From contig NMRA01000304.1 of assembly GCA_002633005.1 (NCBI GenBank), positions 337,200 to 401,199 of the forward strand: a stretch of 64,000 bases of DNA, in the 5' to 3' direction. Below, one piece after another: positions 11,301 through 25,065 of the stretch; position 1 is the first letter of the stretch; every line of letters starts with the position of its first letter. Below the pieces are notes generated by a model. It did not search any database. It was not told the DNA's origin and saw nothing but the letters and a program-made list of their open reading frames with translations. The position numbers and the translations under genes are program-made. The DNA is from Phoronis australis. Taxonomy: Eukaryota > Animalia > Phoronida.

Positions 11301-13540
11301 AAGAAAACTAATCAATCAACGCAGTCTTGCTCATTTGTCACTCATCAACTAGGGGTGTAACATCAATCTGACGCCGCGAAAATTTTGTGGTTTCTCAATT
11401 CTTGACCAAGCTAGTTCATGTGCACCTTCTTGTTTTTTTGGGGAGGGATAATTGTACACATTAGGGATTAGCGAAATCTGGTGCTGCCACGAATCATGGT
11501 GTCCATAATAAGATCCTTGTCAGGCGCTGGGACGGGCCATCCGCGTACACACTATGGGCAGCAACTAACTCTTGTCTAACGCACGGAAAGCGAACGAACA
11601 CGTGGATTTCAAACTGGTGAAATCTTACCGTGTCTTACTGTCGGCGGCTTTGATGCAACTATCAATTAGAGCCGAAGTTAAAATGGTCTCTGTGTGCCAC
11701 ACCGTTGAGACTAAGTTCAATTTTGAGTTTGGCCCCGCTGTTTACTTCAAAATGTCTACAGTGTGCCACTCAATTTTACCTAATGCCACGAACGCTAACA
11801 ATTTTGCCTTCGTATCGGGTGGGAACTCAACTAGTTTTGGACAAAGGGTGCTGCTGGAAAATTATATACCTACCAATTTAGAAAGTGGAGTCTCAGTTTG
11901 GGATGTTCTCGGACAGTTTTGTTTCAGAAACTATAAAAATTCACCATTTCGTGAAGTATTTTGTCGAAAATGGCACCCGTTTGGAGTTTTTACTTAGTAC
12001 CGTGGCAAGATCACCCTTTGAGCGGCGCGTCCTGTATACCTCATCTGTGAGAGTCCCCCGAGGGGAATTTGTCCCCGTCTCACCACCCCTGTTGAACATT
12101 TACTTGGTGTCGCGCAAGTGGGATATAATTATATACAGACGGATACGGTGTTCTTGTCAACCAAATTTCCTCTGAATACTTGGTGCTTGCCCACAGCACA
12201 AGATTTTCCCGTGGAAGATTATTTGATTAAATAATTACGCCATCCACTTTGTCAAATAATATCTTTATTATGTTTGAAGTCTTGTGTTTAGGCCGACAGC
12301 TTATTGGGAATTGTCAATGCCTTCACAGTGGCACGAGTACTGCCCTGCAAAAGTCTTCAAGAGGTACTTCGTGAGCTTCCTGAAATAAAAGTTTGGCAAT
12401 AGTTAACAGGAAACTGGTTACTTGTGAACATGTTTCAGTTTGAAATTCAAACGAAACGCTAACTTTATTGTTGGTGTAGACTACAACATTATTTTGAAGT
12501 ACCTCGGCAAACTTTGTATATTTTTCAGCAGATAAATACGTCGTGAATCTCCCCTTTGATCTGGTTTGGAAGAATAGCTCTTATGTAATCAAGAATTTAT
12601 CTTGGATATCAATAACAGCAGCCTTCCGGTCCGATTTCTCTGTCCTTGAAATAAAACAATCGCGTAACATTTAGAATCAAGAGGTAAAATTTGTCACGAG
12701 ATTATGACATGCGAGTTTTCTCTAAATATGATGATATAAATCAAACAAATTAGAGAAATAATCCAGTGTTCAACACTTAAAAGTTAAAGTAGACGTAATA
12801 TACTATGCGATTCCGTGGTCGGGCGTCGAACTCGCGTGATGCGTGATAGCTCAGGCTTCGCCAACTTTTCAGAGCTTTTTCTGTGATTAGCAACTATCTT
12901 TTATGTCTGGATTTGAAGTAAAATTTGATCACAAGTTCCATAATTTGGACTATCATTTGACGTTTTATCGCATTTCGATACTAAGCCTTCGCTAAATTCT
13001 TACCTTCAAAGATTTCGCCCAATTGCTGTAGTGATAAAATCTTATCTGTTTGTTTGTTTTGTTTTTTGATTTATATTTTGCCACCGTAAGCTCCATTCCC
13101 TGGACAAATAGTGAGGCATCAAACCTAAAAAACAAATACACGCGTGACAGATGTAATTTATAAAACAAAGTTGTTACAGTTTTATTTTGATTTAAATAAA
13201 TTTAGCATTTTCTTTGTCGTAAAAAGCAGTGTAAGAATTATTCTAATGCATCGACTCAAACTTATCCCAGAATAAAACTCATATTATACGAAACTTAGGT
13301 AACTTTTTGAGAATCTCACCCAAGCGACGCTATTTAAGCTGAAAGAGCTTTTTTCTTGAATTGTCCTCTATCCGATTCTCCCGTTCCTCCTTCAAGTTGT
13401 TTCTGTTTACTGCTTTCGACGAATTTTTACGTCCTTTCGCCATCACTTCAGATTTGTGTATTGTAACAGTGAAAGAACGCAAGATGAGAAACACATTATG
13501 CAATTATCGTACCCACTTTCAATCACCTGTGTAACAGCAG

Positions 13541-13923
13541 ACTTGCCCTTGCCTCTCGTTGAGACACTGGCCCCCAAGGTTGAAGGTTTGTTTCGGGCCC
13601 GAAGCAGCCTACATTTACGTCATCTGCCCCTTCCAACTTGTGGAGAGGCAGTACTTCTTTGTATTGGTCATCGATGTACTTAATCGGACACCAAATTACT
13701 ATCATTAGCCACTCACCATTGAGAGTCAGTTGAATAAGAATTATGCATGCATGCATGCTTATAAGATAAACCAATTACAATTCAGCTACATAGCTACAGC
13801 GCACAACGTACGAACTGTACACAGTCACTGAAAACTTTGGGACTGAACTACAGTTCGACTTGCATATAGTCAAACTGTTTGTAATTGAATTAGTTACGTG
13901 GTGTGAAAGTGTGGTTACTAAAT
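13541..13923. repeat. Partial satellite unit
   Basis: Matches the exon-like and adjacent non-coding part of the 1.05-kb unit. Confidence 0.9.
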
Positions 13924-13924
13924 A

Positions 13925-14530
13925 GAATTCACTGATGAAGATCTTGTCACCGGCCAGAAGTTTGCGTTTTTTGATAAAGGTTAGACGATCGGTATAAGAA
14001 ATGAATTTGCAGATAAGGTTTCTGGTTTTATTTGCTGATGTTTTACCTAGTCTGTGGGCTCTGCTTATGTCTTTGCATGTTAGGTTGATGTCTATCTTCT
14101 TGCCAATATTAATAACCTTGCTAGTAACGTCCTCGTTGATTCCACTTATAATGACATTCTCTCCTGCTGTATTGTTCTTGTAATTCCAGGTTAACTGTGA
14201 GTTGATCCACTTCAGCTTTCAATGATACGATCTCAGTGTCTTTGCTACGTATGATGTCCTTGTATTTCGCCGTGATGGTTGTAATATGTGGTTCTATAAA
14301 TTTGGAGTACAGGGCATGTTGAATCTTGTCATTTGAGAACGCCCTCAGAAGCGCTTCAACAAGATTTTCGTCTTCTTCCCCATCTGTGTAACTTTGCAGG
14401 CGTGTTTTACTTCTCATTGTTGAAGTCATAGTTAGATGAGATTAGTCGAGATACTGAGGAAAATGAGGTATATGCAGAAAATTTGATGAGCAATTCGAAT
14501 TAGCTTTTGGCGCTCAAACACATCACGTGA
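13925..14530 (-). mobile_element. 5' portion of a LINE (CR1/L2-type ORF1), 3'-truncated
   Basis: Coiled-coil (KDTEIVSLKAEVDQLTVNLELQEQYSRR), then after a frameshift ENVIISGINE...DISRAHRLGK...RNLICKFISYTDR...KIFISE, which are Transposase_22-like/RRM ORF1 motifs. Confidence 0.85.
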
Positions 14531-15062
14531 CTGAATGACGGAGGAATTGCAAATGTGGTGGAGGATCTCAAATTACTACGATGGCCTTGCCTAGTGTATA
14601 GATCAAATGTTTTTTGACAGAAGCGTTGTTGACGTTGTTCATTACTTTGAAAGTAAATGTGGTCATGTGAAGATTGCGAGTAGACAGTTTGGGCCACTTG
14701 AGACTATTCAAAACCTTAACACTATTGGTACATTCACATTATACATGGCAAACTTACATGATAAATTTTGAATTACATTATTTGGATTATAGTGTTTTAG
14801 CTTCATTGATGGAAGAGCACTTAGTGTTGTCTACCTGAAGATGGGATGCTTTTCTTTGATCTTTTCTGTGATGACTAGAAAACAAAATGGGAGATGTTTC
14901 TTAAAATGGAAGTAAGTTGGAGCACAGGAAATCGTGTGAACAGAGTTCAGTATCAAATGGACATCTATCGCATACGCACGACAAAACTGAAGTTAATTGA
15001 CGTCTTCGTGTCTTATTTAGCAGCACTGAAGACCTAGTGAATAGTAATCAGAAAATTATGAG

Positions 15063-15228
15063 ATAAATGGGCAACATTCTGCCAGCATCTCCTGGCTTTT
15101 TCAAGCCTGTGTGTCTTCAAGTGGATAGGTAAGAGTTCAGTAATTCTTTGGGAACTCCAACCTAATATACCAGAGGTCACAAAGGCTTGACAAAGCCAGG
15201 AGACACTGGTGAAACTTTACCCTTTTAT
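15063..15228. repeat. ~165-bp imperfect palindrome (foldback/MITE-like)
   Basis: Left arm ccagcatctcctggctttttcaagcctgtgtg pairs with the reverse complement of cacaaaggcttgacaaagccaggagacactgg. Pairing continues inward to a short loop. Confidence 0.75.
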
Positions 15229-15463
15229 TTTATGTGAATTCAGCAACAACTCAAAATTTTCTGCACATTATATTCATAGTGAATGAATTCTAACATCGAT
15301 TTATCAGTAAAATTACTACTCATGTACTGGATAAAACATTACCACATATAGCATGCATTACAAATTACAAGAATACAGCACAGCAGTATAACATATGTTT
15401 CTTTTTTTTGCAACCGTTCCATCTTTTCATTTCTAGTAGTGCTGCCTCTTTGTCCCCTGGCTC

Positions 15464-15541
15464 TGTGAAACACATCATCAAATTAAATTGTGAAACACAT
15501 CATCAAATTAAATTGTGAAACACATCATCAAATTAAATTGT
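15464..15541. repeat. 25-bp perfect tandem repeat x3
   Basis: tgtgaaacacatcatcaaattaaat repeated three times. Confidence 0.95.
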
Positions 15542-16069
15542 TAGTTCTTTGTGTCATGTACTAGTCACTGAGAAGTAATATGAAAAAGGTCACAGAGCAG
15601 TGACAATATAGCAAAAATAATGTTTTTGGTAAATCAAATTTAGTCATTCAGTGTACAGCTTTGTCAAACACCTGCCCATGGAAGGTCTTCACTTGTTGGT
15701 GCAGCACTGAGCCAAGTTCATTTTATTTTAATTTTTTTAGATCTTAAATCAACTAAGTTGGGTCCAACATTAAATCCTAATGTCTGTCCAAAACTGATTG
15801 ACACTTTCATGGTAGTAATTTGAAGTGTTGTTTGAAAAGCTTATGCTCCATATGGCAATGGTGTACAGGTTCAGTATCACAATATTTTGAGCAAAATATT
15901 ATTTTACCTGCCTTGATAATTGCAAGCATGTGCTGATTCATTTCTCAACAAACTTCAAATGACATTTAGAATGGCCAAAAAGTGAAATTTGACCCCTGTG
16001 AGCTTGCATAATACATGGACAAATTGATAAAAGTATTTACCCGACATAAACAGTATTGTTGCCTGGTAG

Positions 16070-19000
16070 GCTTGCCCTCGCCACTCTGTGAGACACTGGC
16101 CCCCAGGTTGAAATTTTGCTTCGGGTCCCAAGCAGCCTACATTCACGTCATCTGCCCCTTCCAACTTGTGGAGAGGCAGTACTTTGTATTGGTCATCGAT
16201 GTACTTAATCGGACACCAAATTACTATTATTAGCCACTCACAATTGAGAGTCTGTTGAATAAGACTTATCCATGCATGCATGCTTATAAGATAAACCAAT
16301 TACAATTCAGCTACATAGCTACAGCGCACAACGTACGAACTGCACACAGTCACGGAAAACTTTATGACTGAACTTCAGTTCGACTTGCATATAGTCGAAC
16401 TGTTTGTAATTGAATTAGTTTTGTGGTGTGAAAGTGTGGTTACTAAATTCAATTGGAAATATCACAACGCAGTCTTCTGATATCTATAGGACTACGTGAT
16501 ATGAAAGTGTGGTGACTATAATAATACAATTGAAAATCAGAATATACAGTTTACAGAAGGTAACTGAATGAGATCACTACGAAATATGTATTATTGATTG
16601 GACAAAGGACAAATCTGCTGTGCGCATCTAATGGGAGTCGTTGTGGCCCTCGACAGCCGCACTGACATCTAACAGTTACCCAGATGTTCTCTGTGGTCCA
16701 GTGTAATTCGTACTTGATAGACCACGATACGTTACGTGTGATGCAGGTATTTGGAGGCAATCATGACTCTTTCTGTGTTGTATGGGTGACACTCTAACAA
16801 TCCACAGCTTCCTGTACACATTCTGATCTGGATAGATGCAGGGAAGTTCCAAAATCCCTTAAACATAAAGCCATTGACAAATCGACATCATCCAGTCTGT
16901 AAGGGTTGTCTTTTAGGTGGAAGTGCATGGTTGGAGTTAGAAGTTTTGGTGGCACCAAAACATACATAGCAAGTATGCACACATGGTAACAAATAACAAC
17001 ACTGAATACCAAGTATGATAGATACAGAGATTCTAAATAAAATAAGCAAGATCTTTCCACTTAGTTATGTGTCGCTCCAACTCGAAATTTTGTAGGCTTA
17101 TTCTGAATGTAATGTAATTGCCCTCGCCACTCTGTGAGACACTGGCCCCCAGGTTGAAAGTTTGCTTCGGGCCCCAAGCAGCCTACATTCACGTCATCTG
17201 CTCCTTCCAAGTTATAGAGATGCAGTACTTCTTTGTATTGGTCATCGATGTACGTAATCGGACACCAAATTACTATTACTAGCCACTCACCATTGAGAGT
17301 CGGTTGAATAAGAATTATGCATGCATACATGCTTATAAGATAAACCAATTACAATTGAGCTACATAGCTACAGCGCACAACGTACGAACTGTACACTGTC
17401 GCTGAAAACTTTATGACTGAACTACAGTTCGACTTGCATATAGTCAAACTGTTTGTAATTGAATTACTTATGTGGTGTGAAAGTGTGGTTAGTAAATACA
17501 ATTGGAAATATCACAACACAGTCTTCTGATATCTATAGGACTACGTGATATGAAGCTGTGGTGACTCAATACAATCGAAAATATCAGAACATACAGTCTA
17601 CAAAAGGAAACTGAATGAGATCACTACGAAATATGTATTATTGTTTGGACAAAGGACAAATCTGCTGCGCGCATCTAGTGGGAGTCATTGTGGCCCTCGA
17701 GAGCCGCACTGACATCTAACAGTTACCCAGATGCTCTCTGTGGTCCAGTGTAATTCGTACTTGATAGACCACGATACTTTACGTGGGATGCAGGTATTTG
17801 CAGATAATCATAACTCTTTCTGTGTTGTATGGGTTGACACTCTAACAATCCACAGCTTCCTGTACATATTTTGATCTGGATAGATGCAGGGAAGTTCCAA
17901 AATCCCTTAAACATAAAACCATTGACAAATCGACATCATCCAGTCTGTAAGGGTTGTCTTTTAGGTGGAAGTGCATGGTTGGAGTTAGAAGTTTTGGTGG
18001 CACCAAAACATACATAGCAAGTATGCACACTTAGTAACAAATAACAACACTAAATACCAAGTATGATAGATACAGAGATTCTAAATAAAATAAGCAAGAT
18101 CTTTCCACTTAGTTATGTGTCGCTCCAACTCGAAATTTTGTAGGCTTATTCTGAATGTAATATAATTGCCCTCGCCACTCTGTGAGACACTGGACCCCAG
18201 ATTGAAAGTTTGCTTCGGGCCTCAAGCAGCCTTCATTCATGTCATCTGCTCCTTCCAACTTATGGAGAGGCAGTACTTCTTTGTATTGGTCATCGATGTA
18301 CGTAATCGGACACCAAATTACTATTATTAGCCTCTCACCATTGAGAGTCTGTTGAATAAGAATTATCCATGCATGCATGCTTATAAGATAAACCAATTAC
18401 AATTCAGCTACATAGCTACAGCGCACAACGTACGAACTGCACACAGTCACGGAAAACTTTATGACTGAACTTCAGTTCGACTTGCATATAGTCAAACTGT
18501 TTGTAATTGAATTAGTTTTGTGGTGTGAAAGTGTGGTTACTAAATACAATTGGAAATATCACAACGCTGTCTTCTGATATCTATAGGACTACGTGATATG
18601 AAAGTGTGGTGACTATAATAATACAATTGAAAATCAGAACATACAGTTTACAGAAGGTAACTGAATGAGATCACTACGAAATATGTATTATTGATTGGAC
18701 AAAGGACAAATCTGCTGCGCGCATCTAATGGGAGTCGTTGTGGCCCTCGACAGCCGCACTGACATCTAACAGTTACCCAGATGTTCTCTGTGGTCCAGTG
18801 TAATTCGTACTTGATAGACCACGATACGTTACGTGGGATGCAGGTATTTGGAGGCAATCATGACTCTTTCTGTGTTGTATGGGTGACACTCTAACAATCC
18901 ACAGCTTCCTGTACACATTCTGATCTGGATAGATGCAGGGAAGTTCCAAAATCCCTTAAACATAAAACCGTTGACAAATCGACATCATCCAGTCTGTAAG

Positions 19001-22000
19001 GGTTGTTTTTTAGGTGGAAGTGCATGGTTGGAGTTAGAAGTTTTGGTGGCACCAAAACATACATAGCAAGTATGCACACATGGTAACAAATAACAACACT
19101 GAATACCAAGTATGATAGATACAGAGATTCTAAGTAAAATAAGCAAGATCTTTCCACTTAGTTATGTGTCGCTCCAACTCGAAATTTTGTAGGCTTATTC
19201 TGAATGTAATATAATTGCCCTCGCCACTCTGTGAGACACTGGCCCCCAGGTTGAAAGTTTGCGTCGGGCCCCAAGCAGCCTTCATTCACGTCATCTGGTC
19301 CTTCCAACTTATGGAGAGATAGTACTTCTTTGTATTGGTCATCAATGTACTTAATGGGACACCAAATTACTATTATTAGCCTCTCACCATTGAGAGTCTG
19401 TTGAATAAGAATTATGCATGCATGCATGCTTTTAAGATAAACCAATTACCGTATTCACCATAATAACTGCCCAGGGCGCTTAGAAAAGTTCGGTTCAGGG
19501 GGGCGCTTATTATAACCCAAGGCGATTGAAACCCGGTCTCCGAAACGGGTGAAATCGGAAGCTAAGATTCATCAAATTTACGCTGTGACGTATATGTAAT
19601 CTATGAAAGACTTTCAACAAAACTGTGGTGCATTGCTGTCAAACTTTGCTGCTAAATTCCGATCATGTTACAGAAAATTGTGCTGAAATCCCAGGGCGAA
19701 AACTTGCCGACTGACTGCCTCGAAATCGCCGTCTTCGATACGGCGACGTCATTGCTTGAATAAACATTTTTTCAACTCAAGCAAATTACCTGAAATCCTC
19801 ATTAAGTTTTATAAGTAGCGTCTCCAAGATTTTTTAAGTTCCCGTGGAATCTGGATTAACGGCAGGTTTAAGTACAAATCTGTACAACATCGTGCCATCT
19901 ACATGTATGATCGGCAACACGGCGAGAAAAATGTCTGGACGAACACACAATGTTATTGTCACGTGACGTTTGTTTTGAAGTTCGTCTGCGAGTAAGCGAG
20001 CGCGTGCGTGTCACCAGAGTTCATTTGCCAAAGCAGAGACCGTCTTTTGGCCAGAGCCACGCAATCTAACTAGCTAGATGTGTGTAAAGAAATTTGCACA
20101 AGCAGTAGGCTTAAACCAGAGCGTGTTTCATTCAGCACTTGCCGGTCTCGTGCTAAAAACTTTCGACATTTGTCTCGGTAGGGCCCATATGGTCGCCGTG
20201 TAGCTGGATGCGTACGTAACTATCTGACAGTTATTTTTCGGTGTAAGGGTGTGTAAGCATTCACTGTCAGTTGTCATTTTATCGGATATTTGGCTTAAAA
20301 ACACCAATTATGGTTAATCAAACAATCCATCTCAAAAATAACGCAAACATGTTTTATAGTATTAGAAATTGTCGGAAATTAGTGCCAATTTTCATTTCTC
20401 ATCGATGCTATGCTACCCGTTTCATGAATGGATAGTTCCCGACTAATGTCTTTGATGACAGGTTCATGTATGTAGCGCGCGCTTCCTGGCCACGTGCGTT
20501 TAACACCGAGTTATTTTTATTCATGAGACAATCGATATGTCTACTGAAAGGTCAGACCATAGTGGGACGCGGTCATCGCGAGAGCCCAGCAACGCTGTTG
20601 CGTTCTTTTTGAAGCGCTGCGTTACTTTGAAGTGTAAAGTCACGGCTAAATACAAACGTAGCAGTGCCGCTGGTGGTCTAGAAGACCCGTGCAAATTTTT
20701 TTTGATAAATTGAAGACGTTACTGTAGCCGAGTTTTAGGACTGTAAGTACGTCATTGTTCGCATGTACACGTTCATGGACTGGGCACTTATTTCAGCAAA
20801 GTCTGAAAACGCGTGGGGGGCGCTTATAGGGGCATGGGCGGTTATTGCGGTGAATACGGTACAATTCACCTGCATAGCTACAGCGCACAACGTACAAACT
20901 GTACACAGTCGCTGAAAACTTTGGGACTGAGCTACAGTTTGACTTGCCTATAGTCAAACTGTTTGTAATTGAATTAGTTACGTGGTGTGAAAGTGTGGTT
21001 ACTAAATACAATTAAAAATATCACAACGCAGTCTTCTGATATCTATAGGACTACGTGATATGAATGTGTGGTGACTAAATACAATTGAAAATATCGGAAC
21101 ATACAGTCTACAAAAGGTAACTGAATGAGATCATTACGAAATATGTATTATTGTTTGGACAAAGGACAAATCTGCTTCGCGCATCTAATGGGAATCGTGG
21201 CCCTCGAGAGCCGCACTGACATCTAACAGTTACCCAGATGTTCTCTGTGGTCCAGTGTAATTCGTACTTGATAGACCACGATACGTTACGTGGGATGCAG
21301 GTATTTGGAGATAATCATAACTCTTTCGGTGTTGTATGGGTGACACTCTAACAATCCACAGCTTCCTGTACACATTCTGATCTGGATAGATGCAGGAAAG
21401 CTCCAAAATCCCATAAACAAAACCATTAATAAATCGACATCATCCAGTTTGTAAGGGTTGTCTTTTAGGTGGAAGTGCATGGTTGGAGTTAGAAGTTCTG
21501 GTGGCACCAAAACATACATAGCAAGTATGCACACTTAGTAACAAATAACACTAAATACCAAGTATGATAGATACAGAGATTGTATTTAAAATACGCAAGA
21601 TCTTTCCACTTAGTTATGTGTCGCTCCAACTCAAAATTTTGTAGGCTTATTCTGAATGTAATGTAATTGTCCTCGCCACTCTGTGAGACACTGGCCCCCA
21701 GGTTGAAAGTTTGCTTCGGGCCCCAAGCAGCCTACATTCACGTCATCTGCTCCTTCCAAGTTATAGAGAGGCAGTACTTCTTTGTATTGGTCATCGATGT
21801 ACGTAATCGGACACCAAATTACTATTATTAGCCACTCATCATTGAGAGTCTGTTGAATAAGAATTATGCATGCATACATGCTTATAAGATAAACCAATTA
21901 CAATTGAGCTACATAGCTACAGCGCACAACGTACGAACTGTACACTGTCGCTGAAAACTTTGACTGAACTACAGTTCGACTTGCATATAGTCAAACTGTT

Positions 22001-22654
22001 TGTAATTGAATTACTTATGTGGGGTGAAAGTGTGGTTAGTAAATACAATTGGAAATATCACAACACAGTCTTCTGATATCTATAGGACTACGTGATATGA
22101 AACTGTGGTGACTAAATACAATCGAAAATATCAGAACATACAGTCTACAAAAGGAAACTGAATGAGATCACTACGAAATATGTATTATTATTTGGACAAA
22201 GGACAAATCTGCTGCGGGCATCTAGTGGGAGTCATTGTGGCCCTCGAGAGCCGCACTGACATCTAACAGTTACCCAGATGCTCTCTGTGGTCCAGTGTAA
22301 TTCGTACTTGATAGACCACGATACTTTACGTGGGATGCAGGTATTTGCAGATAATCATAACTCTTTCTGTGTTGTATGGGTTGACACTCTAACAATCCAC
22401 AGCTTCCTGTACACATTTTGATCTGGATAGATGCAGGGAAGCTCCAAAATCCCAGAAACAAAACCATTAATAAGTCGACAGACATCCAGTCTGTAAGGGT
22501 TGTGTTTTAGGTGGAAGTGCATGGTTGGAGTTAGAAGTTTTAGTTGCACCAAAACATACATAGCAAGTATGCACACATAGTAACAAATAACAACACTAAA
22601 TACCAAGTATGATAGATACAGAGATAAAATAAGCAAGATCTTTCCACTTAGTTA
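16070..22654. repeat. Main tandem array of the ~1048-bp satellite (~5 units), interrupted by a MITE
   Basis: Landmark ttagttatgt(gtcgctcc) at 17061, 18109, 19158, 21610 and 22648, giving spacings of 1048, 1049, 2452 (includes the 1.4-kb insertion) and 1038. Confidence 0.97.
19449..20859. mobile_element. Non-autonomous Tc1/mariner-pogo-type element, 1411 bp, TA target duplication
   Basis: TIRs CCGTATTCACCATAATAACTGCCCA / TGGGCGGTTATTGCGGTGAATACGG with TA on both sides. The empty site accaatTAcaattc is seen in the other satellite units. Confidence 0.92.
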
Positions 22655-22839
22655 TGTCATGAGGGTCAGCCCTCTCAGCGAGCGACCGCTTCGCTATCCC
22701 AGTTGCCCGCTGTCGCTCATGACAAAGCCGTCCTAACAATAGCCCTATAGTGAGCCAGCCAACCACACAAATCGCTTGTGCAGTATTACGTAAGCATTAA
22801 CTAGGCCTTGAGCAGACACCAGAATAGAAGTTTCAGATA

Positions 22840-22959
22840 TTGTAACCCAAGGCGGTTGAAACCCGGTCTCCGAAACGGGTGAAATCGGAAGCTAAGATTC
22901 ATAAAATTTACGCTCTGTGACGTATATGTAATCTATGAAAGACTTTCAACAAAACTGTG
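22840..22959 (+). mobile_element. Partial copy of the 19449-20859 element ending at an N gap
   Basis: Matches ~19508-19627. Confidence 0.85.
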
Positions 22960-23434
22960 NNNNNNNNNNNNNNNAGTAAAAAACTTATGACTTTAAAAAT
23001 ACTGCTCTGTTTTGGCCCTAGCTATGATTATGGTATTCGTGAAACATCCTTTTACAACGAACATTTCAAATGTTTAAACTTCCAACAGCCATCATCTCTT
23101 ACTCGGGATAAGCGCGCTTCATGCTATCAGAGGGAAATGAAGTGTAATATTTATACTTGGGCCGAAGTTCTTCGAAAACACTGCCAACTGAAATGGACAT
23201 AGATATCTAAGCTTGGCCAGCTAAAGGCTGAAAGTAGTGCTTTCCCTTGTGGTGTAGCTTGGTCTTTAGTAACAGGCAGAGGAATGCCTATTGTTACCCA
23301 AGCCTACAGTTTAAACATCTCCACAATAGCCCTTTATTATGAAAGTCAATGCAGGCACAATAGGGTAAGGTATACAAAATCAGATAAGAGATAATGATCC
23401 CCTATAGCAGAGCTGAACAGGCTGACCGATATGG

Positions 23435-24298
23435 TGTCGGTCCAACTCAAAATTTTGTAGGCTTATTCTGAATGTAATATAATTGCCCTCGCCACTCTGA
23501 AACACTGGCCCCCAGGTTGAAAGTTTGCTTCGGGCCCCAAGCAGCCTACATTCACGTCATCTGGTCCTTCCAATTCATGGAGAGGCAGTACTTCTTTGTA
23601 TTGGTCATCGATGTATTTAATCGGACACCAAATTACTATTATTAGCCACTCATCATTGAGAGTCTGTTGAATAAGAATTATGCATGCATACATGCTTATA
23701 AGAAAAACCAATTACAATTCAGCTACATAGCTACAGCGCACAACGTACGAACTGTACACAGTCGCTGAAAACTTTGGGACTGAACTAAAGTTCGACTTGC
23801 ATATAGTCAAACTGTTTGTAATTGAATTAGTTATGTGGTGTGAAAGTGTGGTTACTAAATACAATTGAAAATATCGGAACATACAGTATACAGAAGGTAA
23901 CTGAATAAGATCACTACGAAATATGTATTATTGTTTGGACAAACAACAAATCTCCTGCGCGCATCTAATGGGAGTCGTCGTGGCCCTCAAGAGCCGCACT
24001 GACATCTAACAGTTACCCAGATGTTCTCTGTGGTCCAGTGTAATTCGTACTCGATAGACCATGATACGTTACGTTGGATGCAGGTATTTGGAGATAATCA
24101 TAACTCTTTCTGTGTTGTATGGGCGACACTCTAACAATCCACAGATTCCTGTACACATTCTGATCTGGATAGGTGCGGGGAAGCTCCAAAATCCCATAAA
24201 CACAAAACCATTAGTAAATCGACATCATCCAGTCTGTTAGGGTTGTCTTTTAGGTGGAAGCGAATGGTTGGAGTTAGAAGTTTTGGTGGCACCAAAAC
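23435..24298. repeat. Last satellite unit (with internal deletion)
   Basis: Same unit, lacking one of the two internal gtgtgg-actaaatacaattg subrepeats; it departs from the consensus after ggtggcaccaaaac. Confidence 0.92.
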
Positions 24299-25065
24299 GG
24301 ACATGGGGATTGTAATCCAGCATTAAATACAGATACTTGTTCAGGAACAACGTTGTAAGAACCTCCTCAAACCCTGTAGTGCTGCTACGAACAGTATAAC
24401 TGTGCTCTTCCATAGGCTGAGAAAATGGAAGGCCTGAAAGAGACACCACGTTACTTTGAGACATTTTTTCCAATACAACGTCTGGAAAGTCCATATCATC
24501 CTCTAGCTTTGAGTCTGAAGAAGACGTGTCGGCTAAACTTCCCATGTCATTTCTCACCAACTTGGTAGAACTGTGAACAATACACCATCTATCAGAAAAC
24601 CCTTGAACACCAGCAGCTGGGATTTGTAAAGCTCTTCCGTCATGTGCTACCATTACTGTCTTTCAAGAAATCTCTTTTTACATGTCGAGTGAAAGGAATG
24701 TTTAGGTGCCTGAGGCAAAACGTCACAGAAAACAGATTGAACAAGTTGAGACGTCTGTCTGTTACATTTCCCTTTGAAGTCTGTATCATTGAATTCTTCT
24801 AACTTGTGCTCAGTCTATTATCTCGAAACAAGCGGTACGCTTCTCTTGTTTTCTGGTAGGGAATACGTCACTGTTGACGTATAAGTCTGTCCATATCCAA
24901 TGAAACTAACAATTGTCAGATACATGACTAAGGCCATTTCGTCATCATGAGAAGCAATTTCATCAGTAATCTTTTAAACCACAATCTCTTTAAATGATTC
25001 TGTGAGTCGACAATGCACGTCTTCATTCCAAACTCTCAACATGCTTTTAAATCCCATCTCCATCG

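Noticed and set aside
12180-12700. Decayed coding-like minus frames (ILDYIRAILPNQIKGEIHDV...)
   Set aside because: Many stops and no recognisable motif; cannot be assigned.
22655-23434. Possible LTR insertion starting TGTCATGAGG in the satellite
   Set aside because: No matching end or TSD, and an N gap interrupts it; unresolved.
4245-23711. Recurrent ORFs MVYLISMHACII... and MERSCLFYLES... as a tandem gene family
   Set aside because: Non-ATG starts and frames and stops that vary between copies; they are satellite-borne decayed fragments.
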